From Eukaryota sp. GEM-RC1 (lineage: Eukaryota): 64,000 nt of DNA. The notes beneath the pieces were generated by a model. It ran no database searches and was not told the DNA's origin. It worked only from the letters and a program-made list of their open reading frames with translations. Shown here piece after piece: positions 37,185-47,800 of the stretch. The stretch covers positions 682,001-746,000 of the forward strand of contig JAUFOQ010000010.1 in the NCBI GenBank assembly GCA_040285855.1, written 5' to 3'. Positions within the stretch are counted from its first letter, which is position 1, and each line of letters begins with the position of its first letter. The position numbers and the translations under genes were made by a program.

Positions 37185-39413
37185 ATGGTAAAAAAGAGGA
37201 ATCTTACTACAGCTGCTCCTAAGAAAGGAGTTACTAACCGCAGACAGCCAAGTAGGTCTGTCAAAAAGACCAGAGTATCGAAGAGCTCTGCCACCCCGAT
37301 CGAAGTGCCTACTGAATCCTCAGTAGATGAAGAGGACTTTGTGTCCGAACTCTCCTCACCCGAGAGTCTCTCCTCACACGAGAGCCCATCTTCAAACGTT
37401 GATGGAAGTTCCTTGGCTTCTTCGGAAGCCGGCGAAACGACTGGTATAAGACCCTTGGGCTCTTCGGAGTCTGGCGGCAACCCTGGTCCTTTGGAGTCAT
37501 CCATTGGACCAGAACAGGAAGATCCTCTTGGAATCAAGAAGGTTCTGGAGAAATACGGAGTCCCCGTTATGTTTTCAGATACCACTAGTACTCCGGGAGA
37601 CAATGTTGTGGGTAATGCTACTTCGTCTGCAGTTCAGCCAACATCATTGCCATCTCATCATGTTTCTGATTCTTCCTTGTTAGTTAGTAGTTTATTAAAT
37701 AAAGATAACGTTGATCCTTCAGTTCCTCTGTCTAGAGAGGTTGAAGAGAGCCTTAGGCAACTTCAAACAGTCCTAGCTCAGCATAAGACCAGGGCAGAAG
37801 AAGCAAAACGACAGCTTCTGGAGCAACAGCAAAAAACAGCTAATCTTTCCATGACTGAGAGAGCTCTAGCTGTAGAACAACAAACCGGTTATGTGTCTAG
37901 ACCTCATAGAGATGCAGTTCCCAACGATCTCATCCCGTTTGTAAGTCCGTACGATCAGAGTGTCTCCATCTCTGACTACGACTTGTGGCATCTTGCCAAA
38001 TTTGCTCCCTGGCATCCCACTTTGCGTCATAGAAAGCCTGCTGGAAGACATTACTTGCTGAAAAATGTTCCTCCTGGCACGTCTCCTCAAGCCATAAAAC
38101 AGTTTTTAGGTGACTTATATGATAGTAGAGCTGGTGATACTTATAGGTTTCCTTCCACCTACTCTTGGGATCCTAGACATGGTATCATCATTGAACCTTT
38201 AGTCCAGATATTCAGTGCTGATGGTCAGTCAGTTTCATATGAATACTCCGCCTGGTACTTACATTCGTTGAACAATAAACGCAAGTTATATCACAACGTT
38301 TCTGTAAGTACCGAATGGCTCCCTACTGGTCATCAGTATAGTCATTTACCTGCGGCGACAAGAGTTCTGGATAGTTTGTCAACTTCACCACAAGATGTTG
38401 ACTCTGTCCCTGTTCAACCTTTTTCTGGAATTGGTGGTTCCCAATTGGTACTCCCATTAGCTTCTCAAGCTATGTGTGAAAAAGCTACATTTGCTCCGAA
38501 CCTTTCTGATTTAAATGGCTTAGATAGTGTTCAAAGATTCTTCCCTGGTGAAGTTTACAGACCTGAGCAGGTCGATAGATTTACACACGGCCTTAGAGAT
38601 GGTATCTCTACCCAAAATTTTGAAGCTCAATTTGGTGGTGAAGAAAGATTCATCAGCTTAGAAGAACATGAAAGTGTTTATCGTAAGCCAGAAGGCTTTG
38701 CTAAAGGTTGTGATGAATCTATGTCCATGGCTCTCTCCTCAGAACAGCTTGCTCAAAATAGAAAAAATCATGTTGCTCACATGACCAGAAGTAGAAAAAC
38801 TCCTAAACGATCAAATTCGATCGAGATAAGTGATCTGACTTCTCAATCAAAATCACCTTTGGCAGAACTTTCTGATGTCACTGACTCTATGTCTGAAGAT
38901 AGCTCATCTGAAGACGAAGAACCGAACGTTTTGGCTGATACTCCCATCATTTTGTCTGGTGTCCCTCAAAGAAAAGATCGAACAAAGAAAAAGTCCATTT
39001 CAAAGAAATCAAGACCCAGCTGCCTCAAATCCGAGAGTCGCGAGGACATAATTAAGTTCATCCATGAATTTAGTTATTGGGCAATTCATGTCCGGAAACA
39101 ATCAAATCGTAAAGACTTTGACACTCGTTTAGGTATCGCTCCAATCAATAAATTTGATCTCGTAAGACTCACTTTGTTAGAGATTGATCCTACTGGTGTT
39201 TCCGAATTCATTGATCGTCAATTGCTGAGTGACTGGAAGCTTCTAAATGTTCCAGGTCCAGATTCAAACATAACTGAAAAAGACCTTTGGTTCAGATTGG
39301 TTCTCCTGAGCCAATACACTTCTACTACTCAAGCTATGGGTGATCTGAAGAATCTTAGACTTAGTCAATCTAATGATCCTAATCTAATGATGGTATTGAT
39401 TGTCCACCCATGA
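37185..39413 (+). CDS. ORF1/Gag-like protein (Ser-rich, no zinc knuckle seen)
   Basis: 742-aa ORF starting 15 bp after the 5' LTR. Confidence 0.75.
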   Translation: MVKKRNLTTAAPKKGVTNRRQPSRSVKKTRVSKSSATPIEVPTESSVDEEDFVSELSSPESLSSHESPSSNVDGSSLASSEAGETTGIRPLGSSESGGNPGPLESSIGPEQEDPLGIKKVLEKYGVPVMFSDTTSTPGDNVVGNATSSAVQPTSLPSHHVSDSSLLVSSLLNKDNVDPSVPLSREVEESLRQLQTVLAQHKTRAEEAKRQLLEQQQKTANLSMTERALAVEQQTGYVSRPHRDAVPNDLIPFVSPYDQSVSISDYDLWHLAKFAPWHPTLRHRKPAGRHYLLKNVPPGTSPQAIKQFLGDLYDSRAGDTYRFPSTYSWDPRHGIIIEPLVQIFSADGQSVSYEYSAWYLHSLNNKRKLYHNVSVSTEWLPTGHQYSHLPAATRVLDSLSTSPQDVDSVPVQPFSGIGGSQLVLPLASQAMCEKATFAPNLSDLNGLDSVQRFFPGEVYRPEQVDRFTHGLRDGISTQNFEAQFGGEERFISLEEHESVYRKPEGFAKGCDESMSMALSSEQLAQNRKNHVAHMTRSRKTPKRSNSIEISDLTSQSKSPLAELSDVTDSMSEDSSSEDEEPNVLADTPIILSGVPQRKDRTKKKSISKKSRPSCLKSESREDIIKFIHEFSYWAIHVRKQSNRKDFDTRLGIAPINKFDLVRLTLLEIDPTGVSEFIDRQLLSDWKLLNVPGPDSNITEKDLWFRLVLLSQYTSTTQAMGDLKNLRLSQSNDPNLMMVLIVHP

Positions 39414-42400
39414 CAATTCCATTTTATGATGAATCTGTCACTGTATTACGCCCTCCTAGAAGGCTTAACCCTGAAAAACAGCGAATAGCCGAAGAAATTT
39501 TTAATGAACTTATACGACAAGGATGGGCCGTACCATCAACTGGTAAGTTCAGTAGTCCCATAGTCTTGGTGGTATATAATGATCACCGTAAGCCTCGTTT
39601 AACTGGAGATTTCAGTGGACCTGATGGGATTAATGCTAATACCAGACCGGTGAAACCAAATTTACCACGGATCTGTGATGTTCTAGAGTTCCTTTCCAAA
39701 GCTAATTTCATTGGAACACTTGACCTTCCTAAAGCATTCTGGCAGCTAAATGTAGCTGAAGAAGATGTCGAGAAGACCAGTGTGTCTATACCTGGAATGT
39801 CTATTAGCTTTAAACGAGCATGTTTTGGATTGAAAAACGTACCAGCAATCTTTCAAAACATCATGATGGAAATTTTCAATGTCGAAGGTGTTTTCATTTA
39901 TATTGATGATATAATTGTTGTAGGCAATACCTTTGAAGAGTTTATTTCAAGAATATATCTAGTACTGGAACGAGCAGAACGTTTTAGAGTACGGATTGGA
40001 TTGAAGAAGTGTAGGTTCACCACTTCTAGACATCCTAATAAGATTCTGGGCAGCAACTTTTGTAATAAAACCCGTTGCATAGATGACAAAAGAGTTTCGG
40101 CGTTGATTGAGTTACCTGCTCCTTCAACTTTACCTGAAGTAAGAAGTTTACTTGGTGCTTTAAATTATGTTCGTGAATGGATTCCAAACTACTCGAACTT
40201 GACTGCATCAATCAATGAACTGACTCGTGGTAAACCCAAGAGAATTGCTTGGACAAAAGACCATGATGCTTTATTAGACAAAATTAAAACTGAAATAATA
40301 AACCATATGGCTTTAGACTTACCTGATACTGATAAGAACATTATCATATCAACTGATGCATCCGACATTGCTGTTGGTGGAGTGATCTGGCAGGAAGAAA
40401 ATCCTCCAGCTCCTCCAGGTACTCCGTTAGAAGAACGTAGAGTTAGACCTGTATCGTTTTATAGCCGTTTACTCAATGATAGTCAACAGAATTGGGCAGC
40501 TATCCAGAAAGAGCTGTATGCCATTCTCTTGATTCTGACCGAATCTAGTTTAGAAGGTTTCCTATTAAGTAGGCATTTGACGATCTTTACAGATCATAGG
40601 AACCTTGCTTATCTGATTTCAGCTCCAGAGAAGAATCGTATTGTCAAACGATGGATTCCAATTTTCTCGGAGTTTGATTTTGAGATAGAGCATGTAGCTG
40701 GTACAAACAATCAATGGGCTGACATGTTATCACGTGTCATTGACCGTCGCCCAGTTGAAACAATCAAATCTCTGTTGATCTCAAATCATACCATCAAAAA
40801 TGATATAATTCTTTCTCACGAAGTTTTAATCTATGATGAAGCTGATTACGTTGAGATGCTTCCTTGTAACACCAACATACTAGCTATCAAGAGTCTACAA
40901 GACCTCTCAACATACAATAAATTGCCTTTATTTGATTCTTGGTTATCAACCATTCGAGCTGAACAACATAAAGCTATCAATGAAGGAGATCAAATGTTTC
41001 AGGATTCAACACTGTGTACTATGAGCAATGTATACATCAACTCCAAGAACAAGATTTTGATTCCATCTAGTTTGAGGACGAAAGTTCTTTACACGCTACA
41101 TGGATTAGTCCAGTCAGGACATCCAAACAAGAAACGAAGTTTGGAAATATTGTTCAATAGTGGTTACTTTTGGCCAAGTATGAAAGCTGACATGGTCAAA
41201 CATGTTAAGCAATGCCCTGCGTGTCAGAAAACGGCACCTGTCCCTAAAAAGATAATTGAATCGACGGGTTCTCTATGGGCTGATAGACCTTTTGCTAGAC
41301 TTAATGTCGACACAATTGGTCCACTTCCAAAAGATCAAAATGGAAACCAATTCCTATTGGTGTTTGTAGATTCTTTCACCAGATACACCATTTTGAGCCC
41401 CCTCGAAGAACTTAACAGTAGAGAAGTAGCATATCGTCTTGTGTGGGATGTGATTGCTATCTTTGGAATACCGTTTTGTATCCATAGTGATAATGGTACC
41501 GAGTTTGCCAATGCTATTTTCGAGGCAATATGTAACCTACTGGCGATTGAAGTAAGTCGTTCGATTCCTCATTTCTCCCAGAGTAATGGACTGGTGGAAC
41601 GACGTCACAGAGACGTTCTGCAAAGCCTACGTCGTCTTCTTGTGGACTTCAATGATTATAACAATTGGTCAACGTACATTCCAACTGTACAATTGCAAAT
41701 CAACGCAACGAATAGTTCTGTGACTGGGCACTCACCTTATGAATTGATGTTTGGTAGTGACATAAGTCCTGGTGCAGATCCTAGTAATTTACTAGCTGCT
41801 GTTGAGAAATCCACAAAGAATGTTCCGTTTATTAACGACATTAAAATGAAACTGGATCGTCTTACTAAAAAGAGAGAAGAGGCAGAGGTTCGTCAATCGA
41901 GACTCAAGCCAAAGAAGAAGTCTGGCCCCAGTCAATCATTCAATGTTGGAGACCTTGTTTTAAAAGCATCCAAAACTAGTAAGCTTCATGGTAATTACAC
42001 TGGACCTTATTTAGTTGTCTCAATTGATTCGAAATCGTCAGTTTCCTTAAAGAATCTGATCACTGGATATGTTAGTAAAACTAGCATTCATCAATGTAAG
42101 ATCTTTCAATCAGATCTACCTGCTGATCATGTTCTCCACAGAGCAATTGCTTCTGGGGATTCTGAAGAACACATCGTGGTTAAGATCCTAGATAGGTTCA
42201 ATACACCCGATGGTGAACATCGTACTGTTCTTTGGTTTGGTGGTGATACTTCATCAGTTCCCACCAAGGACATCAAGAACACCAAGGCGTACAGTGAATT
42301 TGTAAAATTAGAAAATGTAGATTTATTTTGTAATAGTAGAAACGTAGCTAAGAGTAAACCCACTAAGCTTAAACGTACCTCAAGTAGTATGAGTATTCCA

Positions 42401-42469
42401 AAGTCATCGTCTGTAGTTAAGACACCTGTAGCTAAGAGGACAAGGAGCTCAAGAAGAGAGAAGAGGTAA
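39410..42469 (+). CDS. Pol: reverse transcriptase, RNase H, integrase, degenerate chromodomain
   Basis: Motifs LDLPKAFWQ, YIDD, TDASD, TDHRNL, HHCC (H..H..CPAC), HSDNG, NGLVER and GPY; C-terminal IVVKILD..VLWFG. Confidence 0.93.
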   Translation: MTIPFYDESVTVLRPPRRLNPEKQRIAEEIFNELIRQGWAVPSTGKFSSPIVLVVYNDHRKPRLTGDFSGPDGINANTRPVKPNLPRICDVLEFLSKANFIGTLDLPKAFWQLNVAEEDVEKTSVSIPGMSISFKRACFGLKNVPAIFQNIMMEIFNVEGVFIYIDDIIVVGNTFEEFISRIYLVLERAERFRVRIGLKKCRFTTSRHPNKILGSNFCNKTRCIDDKRVSALIELPAPSTLPEVRSLLGALNYVREWIPNYSNLTASINELTRGKPKRIAWTKDHDALLDKIKTEIINHMALDLPDTDKNIIISTDASDIAVGGVIWQEENPPAPPGTPLEERRVRPVSFYSRLLNDSQQNWAAIQKELYAILLILTESSLEGFLLSRHLTIFTDHRNLAYLISAPEKNRIVKRWIPIFSEFDFEIEHVAGTNNQWADMLSRVIDRRPVETIKSLLISNHTIKNDIILSHEVLIYDEADYVEMLPCNTNILAIKSLQDLSTYNKLPLFDSWLSTIRAEQHKAINEGDQMFQDSTLCTMSNVYINSKNKILIPSSLRTKVLYTLHGLVQSGHPNKKRSLEILFNSGYFWPSMKADMVKHVKQCPACQKTAPVPKKIIESTGSLWADRPFARLNVDTIGPLPKDQNGNQFLLVFVDSFTRYTILSPLEELNSREVAYRLVWDVIAIFGIPFCIHSDNGTEFANAIFEAICNLLAIEVSRSIPHFSQSNGLVERRHRDVLQSLRRLLVDFNDYNNWSTYIPTVQLQINATNSSVTGHSPYELMFGSDISPGADPSNLLAAVEKSTKNVPFINDIKMKLDRLTKKREEAEVRQSRLKPKKKSGPSQSFNVGDLVLKASKTSKLHGNYTGPYLVVSIDSKSSVSLKNLITGYVSKTSIHQCKIFQSDLPADHVLHRAIASGDSEEHIVVKILDRFNTPDGEHRTVLWFGGDTSSVPTKDIKNTKAYSEFVKLENVDLFCNSRNVAKSKPTKLKRTSSSMSIPKSSSVVKTPVAKRTRSSRREKR

Positions 42470-44207
42470 TGTTAGCCACAGGTGTTAGTGAAGTGTTACT
42501 AGTACGTATAATTTGATTTATAAACACCCTTTACCTTCCCCTTTGCACCTTTAGGTATTAAATGAGTCTATAAGGTTATTAGTGTTGGTAACACTACTGA
42601 GACCCCACGAAGGATCAATGAAGGAAGTTGATCTGAAATCAATTAATCTAGGGACGGATCCTGTTAAGCATCTGTCTCGATTGTACATGAAATACAATTC
42701 ATGTCTGAGTCTTTAGGTTGTTTCGACAACAACAAAAAGTCAGATCTGGATTGAATTTGGAACGAATATATTCAGTCTGTTAGCAGTCGTAAGATTGGAA
42801 TTATCGACCGTCATGAATGAACTATAAGTGTCCGTAGTTAGCACTGATCTGGTTTGGGCGCCATAAAGTAGAAACATAAAATCCGCTTGGGGATGGCGTT
42901 TACAATGAGTCGTGGGCTTGCTTGGGGTTGGACTCAGAATGTCCAGAGAATGTGGAAATTGTGGCAGATGATATTTATTTGGTAACATCATTGTTTGCTT
43001 ACAAGATAGGGGACAAAATAGGGGATATGACTTTAAAACCTGACTGACCAAAACTCTACACAGAAGGTTTGTCCTTGATTCTCTTGATCCATTAATACAG
43101 GTCTATTAGGCTTTTATTCATCCTAAGACGAGGTTTATAATGTTAAATTAACAACGTTATCTAAATTTGGGTATGACTTGTCACATGAAACATTCTTTAA
43201 AAAACACCATCAAAGGAAACTCCTTTTCCGTACTGGCCAGGTCTGTATTGCTTAGGATTCTGATCAGATGACTCTTATTTTACGAGGTTTATCAATGCTC
43301 ATTGTTAAAACGAATGAGCCACTAGGAGAAAAATATCTATGAGTTTAAGTAGGGTTGGTGATGTTGTTGGAATTTCTATGAAAGCAAGACTTTATGAACT
43401 TTGCCGCAGCTTCGCCAAGTTGTTATTTGTGCTGTTTAAATAGAAGATGAGTATTTAAACAGGCATCTGACATTCTTTTCTTTATCAAGTTTTACTAATG
43501 CTTCAACCATGCCAGGACTACTTGCATTTCTATTTACTTAATATAACTTAAACTCACTTGAGCTATAGATCACTTTTAAATGGTTATTGTTTTTGTTATG
43601 TTCAACTTGAAAAGACACTTAACATTTATTTAAGTAAATTTATTTTGCAGAATAGAATGTACGTTGATATGTCGTACTATTAAAGCAAGTTAACACTATG
43701 ATCTTCCAGAATCTTTTTTACGGCTTAGTTTTAGTAAACCCAATCGTAGTCCCATCCCCTCTAGACACTACTGTAGAACTATTGCTCTTTGAATGTTTAA
43801 TGACTGCAACACATTTTGCAATTTACAATTATTGACAATTTGTCGTGTTTGGCACATCTGGTATTCTTACAATATGTAAAAAAGATGCTTTAAATATAGT
43901 TCGTTTTCTTAAACAAACTCAGATTGTACAAACATCAATTTTACGACATACAAACAACTAGTAGCTAAACGATAATTAATGCTCTACAAACATTTGAACC
44001 ATTGGCACAATTTTTCTAGTATACGATTCAATTACATGTAATTTGGGCATCTTCCATTGTTTTCTTGTTCAAACAATAAATGAAAAACCTTTGTTACTAC
44101 TTGAGCAGACAACAACAAGAAGTAAAGTTTTTTGATAAATGGATTGATAGGTAATTAACGAAATACATATGTTTTTCTAAATACGTGCAACACGATATCT
44201 GATTAAA

Positions 44208-44541
44208 CAGTGAACGCTAACACGTAACAAAATTGTATCTAACATGTGTTAACACGTGTTAACACGCGTGTTACGTGTTTGCGCTACAAGAATTTTTGCT
44301 GGTTTCTTGTTCAACGATAAATAGCTCATTTCTTCTACACATTCATCCTTACGATACTCTACATCCCTATAGAGGACTTCTAAAACGTCGCACTTCAATT
44401 TTTTAGGAACAAAAGACATTTTTAGGTCATTCAGACCGAAAATTATACACGTTGTTTGCGTGTTAGAAATCAGTGAGAATTCCTAACACGTGTTAACACG
44501 CGTGTTACGTGTCAGGCCGTGTTACGTGTTAGCGTTCACTG
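44208..44541. mobile_element. hAT-type MITE
   Basis: Perfect 21-bp TIRs (CAGTGAACGCTAACACGTAAC), 8-bp TSD TGATTAAA, internal ACACG repeats. Confidence 0.9.
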
Positions 44542-44815
44542 TGATTAAACATCATGTAGTTAATGACACATTATCGAATTGTATACATTCTGAGTACATA
44601 GCTTGTGTGTAATTTATTGAGAGTTGAATGTAGTTAAGTTACAGTTCGAAAATCAACTTGTCTTGCAAGCATTGCCTTACAGTACCGAAATATAAGTTAG
44701 TGTGACTAATAACGATAGGCTGTTATTTTCAGCGTTTGCATTCTACATTTAATAATATATCAGTCATATCAATGCCCTACCCAATTGTCGAGGTCGTTTT
44801 CGATTCACATGACAA

Positions 44816-47800
44816 ATGATACTTAGAAGCATAATATATTATTTCAGACCTTTTCAGTTTTGCATTGGAATTGTAGATGGTACAATAAGTGCTAGTTTGA
44901 TGACTGACATCTTTTTAAATTCAAATGCAGAAAATTATGTATTGAATGTTGATTACAAAAATGCGTTTAATTGTGTTTATCGTTCACAGATCCACTTGGA
45001 ACTGTTAGATCATTTTCCTGAATTGATGTCCTATTTTAAAATTATGTATGGTCATTCATCATCATTAATTTTTCACGAACACACAATTTCTTCCACTCGT
45101 GGTGTGAAACAAGGTGATCCTTTGGACCCTTTTTTTTCTGTTTGCCGTTGCAAAGAATTCTTTGCACATTCTCAAGCGAATTCCCAGGATTAAGGTTGAA
45201 CTCGTATTCTGATGATACCTCTTTGGTTGGCCCTTTGGAAGTCATTAAATCGAGTTTTCCTCGTTTTGTTGAATTGTCTTCAAGTATTGGATTGTCAATC
45301 AATTTTCAAAAATGTCTGGTCATTGGACGTTCTTCAGTTGATTTGAATTTTGGGAAATCTTCCATTCCGTTTGTCAATTATTCGGATGAATGTGTCAAGT
45401 TTTTGGGCAATTATATTGGTAATGATGACAAAATTAAGGAGATTTTATCACATAAGAATAATTGTATCTTTCAGCAGCTTAACCAAATTGTTGATCTAGA
45501 TGTAGGCAAACAAGTTTCTTTTGCTATGCTGCAAGTTTGTTTTGGTGGTAAAATTAATCACTATTTACGTGGTTTACCGCCTGAACTAACTCTCGAATTA
45601 TCTCGTAATTTTAATTCATTGCGCACAAATTTTGTTAGTTATCTGGTTGGTAACAAAGACTCTTCACTTACTTCTCATTGTTTCACTTCTACTGCTTTTG
45701 ATGGTATTGGTTTGACGAAAGCTAAGTACATGCGTGAGGGTGCCTTTTTGGGGTCTTTAAAGAATTTTTTGTTTGAATTTCAGAATCGTTATCCTGTGTT
45801 ATGGAAAACAAAAGATTTTTTACTTCACTCACCTTGTGCATGGTTAATTAGTCTTCAAAATTTAATTGATAGTCTTGACTCCAATTTGAGGTCAGATTTA
45901 CTTCCTGTTGGGGTAACAGAAATTCAGCAGAGAAGCATTTTCTCTTTGCCTTTGTGTGTTCGCAAGTTACAGAAGAAGTTTGTTTTGTTTCACGAAAGCT
46001 TGGACTTTAAAAACTGTATTAGCTTGGCTAAGACTAAGAGTCCAGCTTTTTGTGCTTTTTGAATGATATTTCTTCAAGCGCTGCGTCTTCTTTTGTTTCT
46101 CGTTTGCCAAAAATTTTTGTTTTAATCTTGAGGATCATGAATGGCTTATAAACATGAGGCTTAGGTTGGGTTTATGGCCTTCAGGTCTTTTGAAGCATTC
46201 TCCATGTCTTTGTGGTCGTTCAAAGGCTTCAAATTTTCATCATTTAGTTAACTGTCATCAATTTATTCATTTTCGATCAATTATTGACAACAGTATCCGA
46301 GATACATGTTTGGATATGTTTAAGGCTAATGGTTTTCATGGAAAAATTGAACCTTTACTTGCTAATCTTTCTGATCAGCCAAAAGTTGATAGAAGTCGTG
46401 GTGATTTGATTGGTCCTTGGTTATCTTGTCAGGAAATTATCATGGATTTCACGACTGTTGATCCGTGTAATTCAAGATCAATTTCCAAAATTTTTGATGA
46501 TGATTTTTCTGCTCTTGAAGTGGCTGAAAAAGGAAAAAATACAAAGAACTGTCACTCAATTAACCATTTGAATGTTGACAGGTACAATTCTTTTGTGTTT
46601 CAACCTTTTGCGATGTCGATATACGGTAATATTGGACCAGCTGTTATGTAAAGTAGAATTATAGTTTTCATTCTTTGCTTTTTCTAGCTACAATAAACCT
46701 TTGTTAGCTTTACTAGCATCAATACGTAAGCGGATTGGCTTTTACGCTAACCCAAGTCATTACCTACCCGTATGTTATCCAACAACTATTACTACAGGTT
46801 CAGTAAAACGAAAAACTCCTCGTCCCGCCGAGGCCGCTCTACCCTGCTGATGCCGTGGACTCCTCCCTTGCAGCCCCCACCCTCAGCTCCCCTAACCGCA
46901 GGCGCCGTTTCATCCTTCCTCTGGAAGATAGCCGTCTACCTAGAAGAAGAAGTTGCCTCTAATGAACTTCCCGAAACCCGACCATCCTTAACCACAGATT
47001 CGCACGCAGCCACGTCAGCAGACGATATTAGTTCTCTACTTAACGCCCCTAGTATTTCCTCCGAACAAATGTCGGACCTCCTCTCCCTAACCAACAAATT
47101 GGTAAAACGCCTGGTCCCAGAAGCCAACGATACCCACAACGCTATCATAAAAGAAGCAGCCAAAAAACTTAGGAAATCCGCTGCCCAGTCCTCATTCTCC
47201 GAGGATCAAAGTGCCCTATTGAACAAACTAGACGCTCTTGAGTCATCCCTTTCAGAAAACCCGTCTTCTACTTCCAACCTGACTTATGGGACTACCTCAT
47301 TTCTCGCTCTTTGGTCTCGAACGCCCAAGATGCCACATACTTCTTTAAAAACCTTCTCCTCGACACTTCCATCAGTAACCCTGACGCTCGCTTGGCTAAA
47401 TACCTTCTTACTTTCAAACAGACTATTTCTCGTTGCCGTCACTTTATCTCTAACTCCAACAAGCTTATCAAACTGTTTATCCGAGGTACTGCACCCCGTG
47501 AACTCAATCAGCTCCTTTTTAACGAGCATTCATAGTCAAATCTCCACTCTCCCCGAAGTTATCAACCGTCTTAAGGAACTTATGGCCACCTTTTCGCTTT
47601 TCAGACGCTCCCCCCGTGAATCACCGATCCCTCGTCCCTTGTCTGGAAAACCTTTCTCGGAAAATCAAAAGAAGACCCACGGTAACTCTTATCGTCCGAA
47701 CCCTGGAACTTTAACTCCCAAAGACACAAATAAAAATGATCTTTTCTGCAACTTCTGTAAGAAAAAGGCCACTCAATCGAATTCTGCCGAGACCCCGCCT

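Larger units (their letters stand above)
37079..42560 (+). mobile_element. Ty3/Gypsy (chromovirus-like) LTR retrotransposon lacking a protease
   Basis: Identical 91-bp LTRs (37079-37169 and 42470-42560; TG..TA), AATG TSD, polypurine tract AAGAAGAGAGAAGAGG, and RT-RH-IN domain order. Confidence 0.95.
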
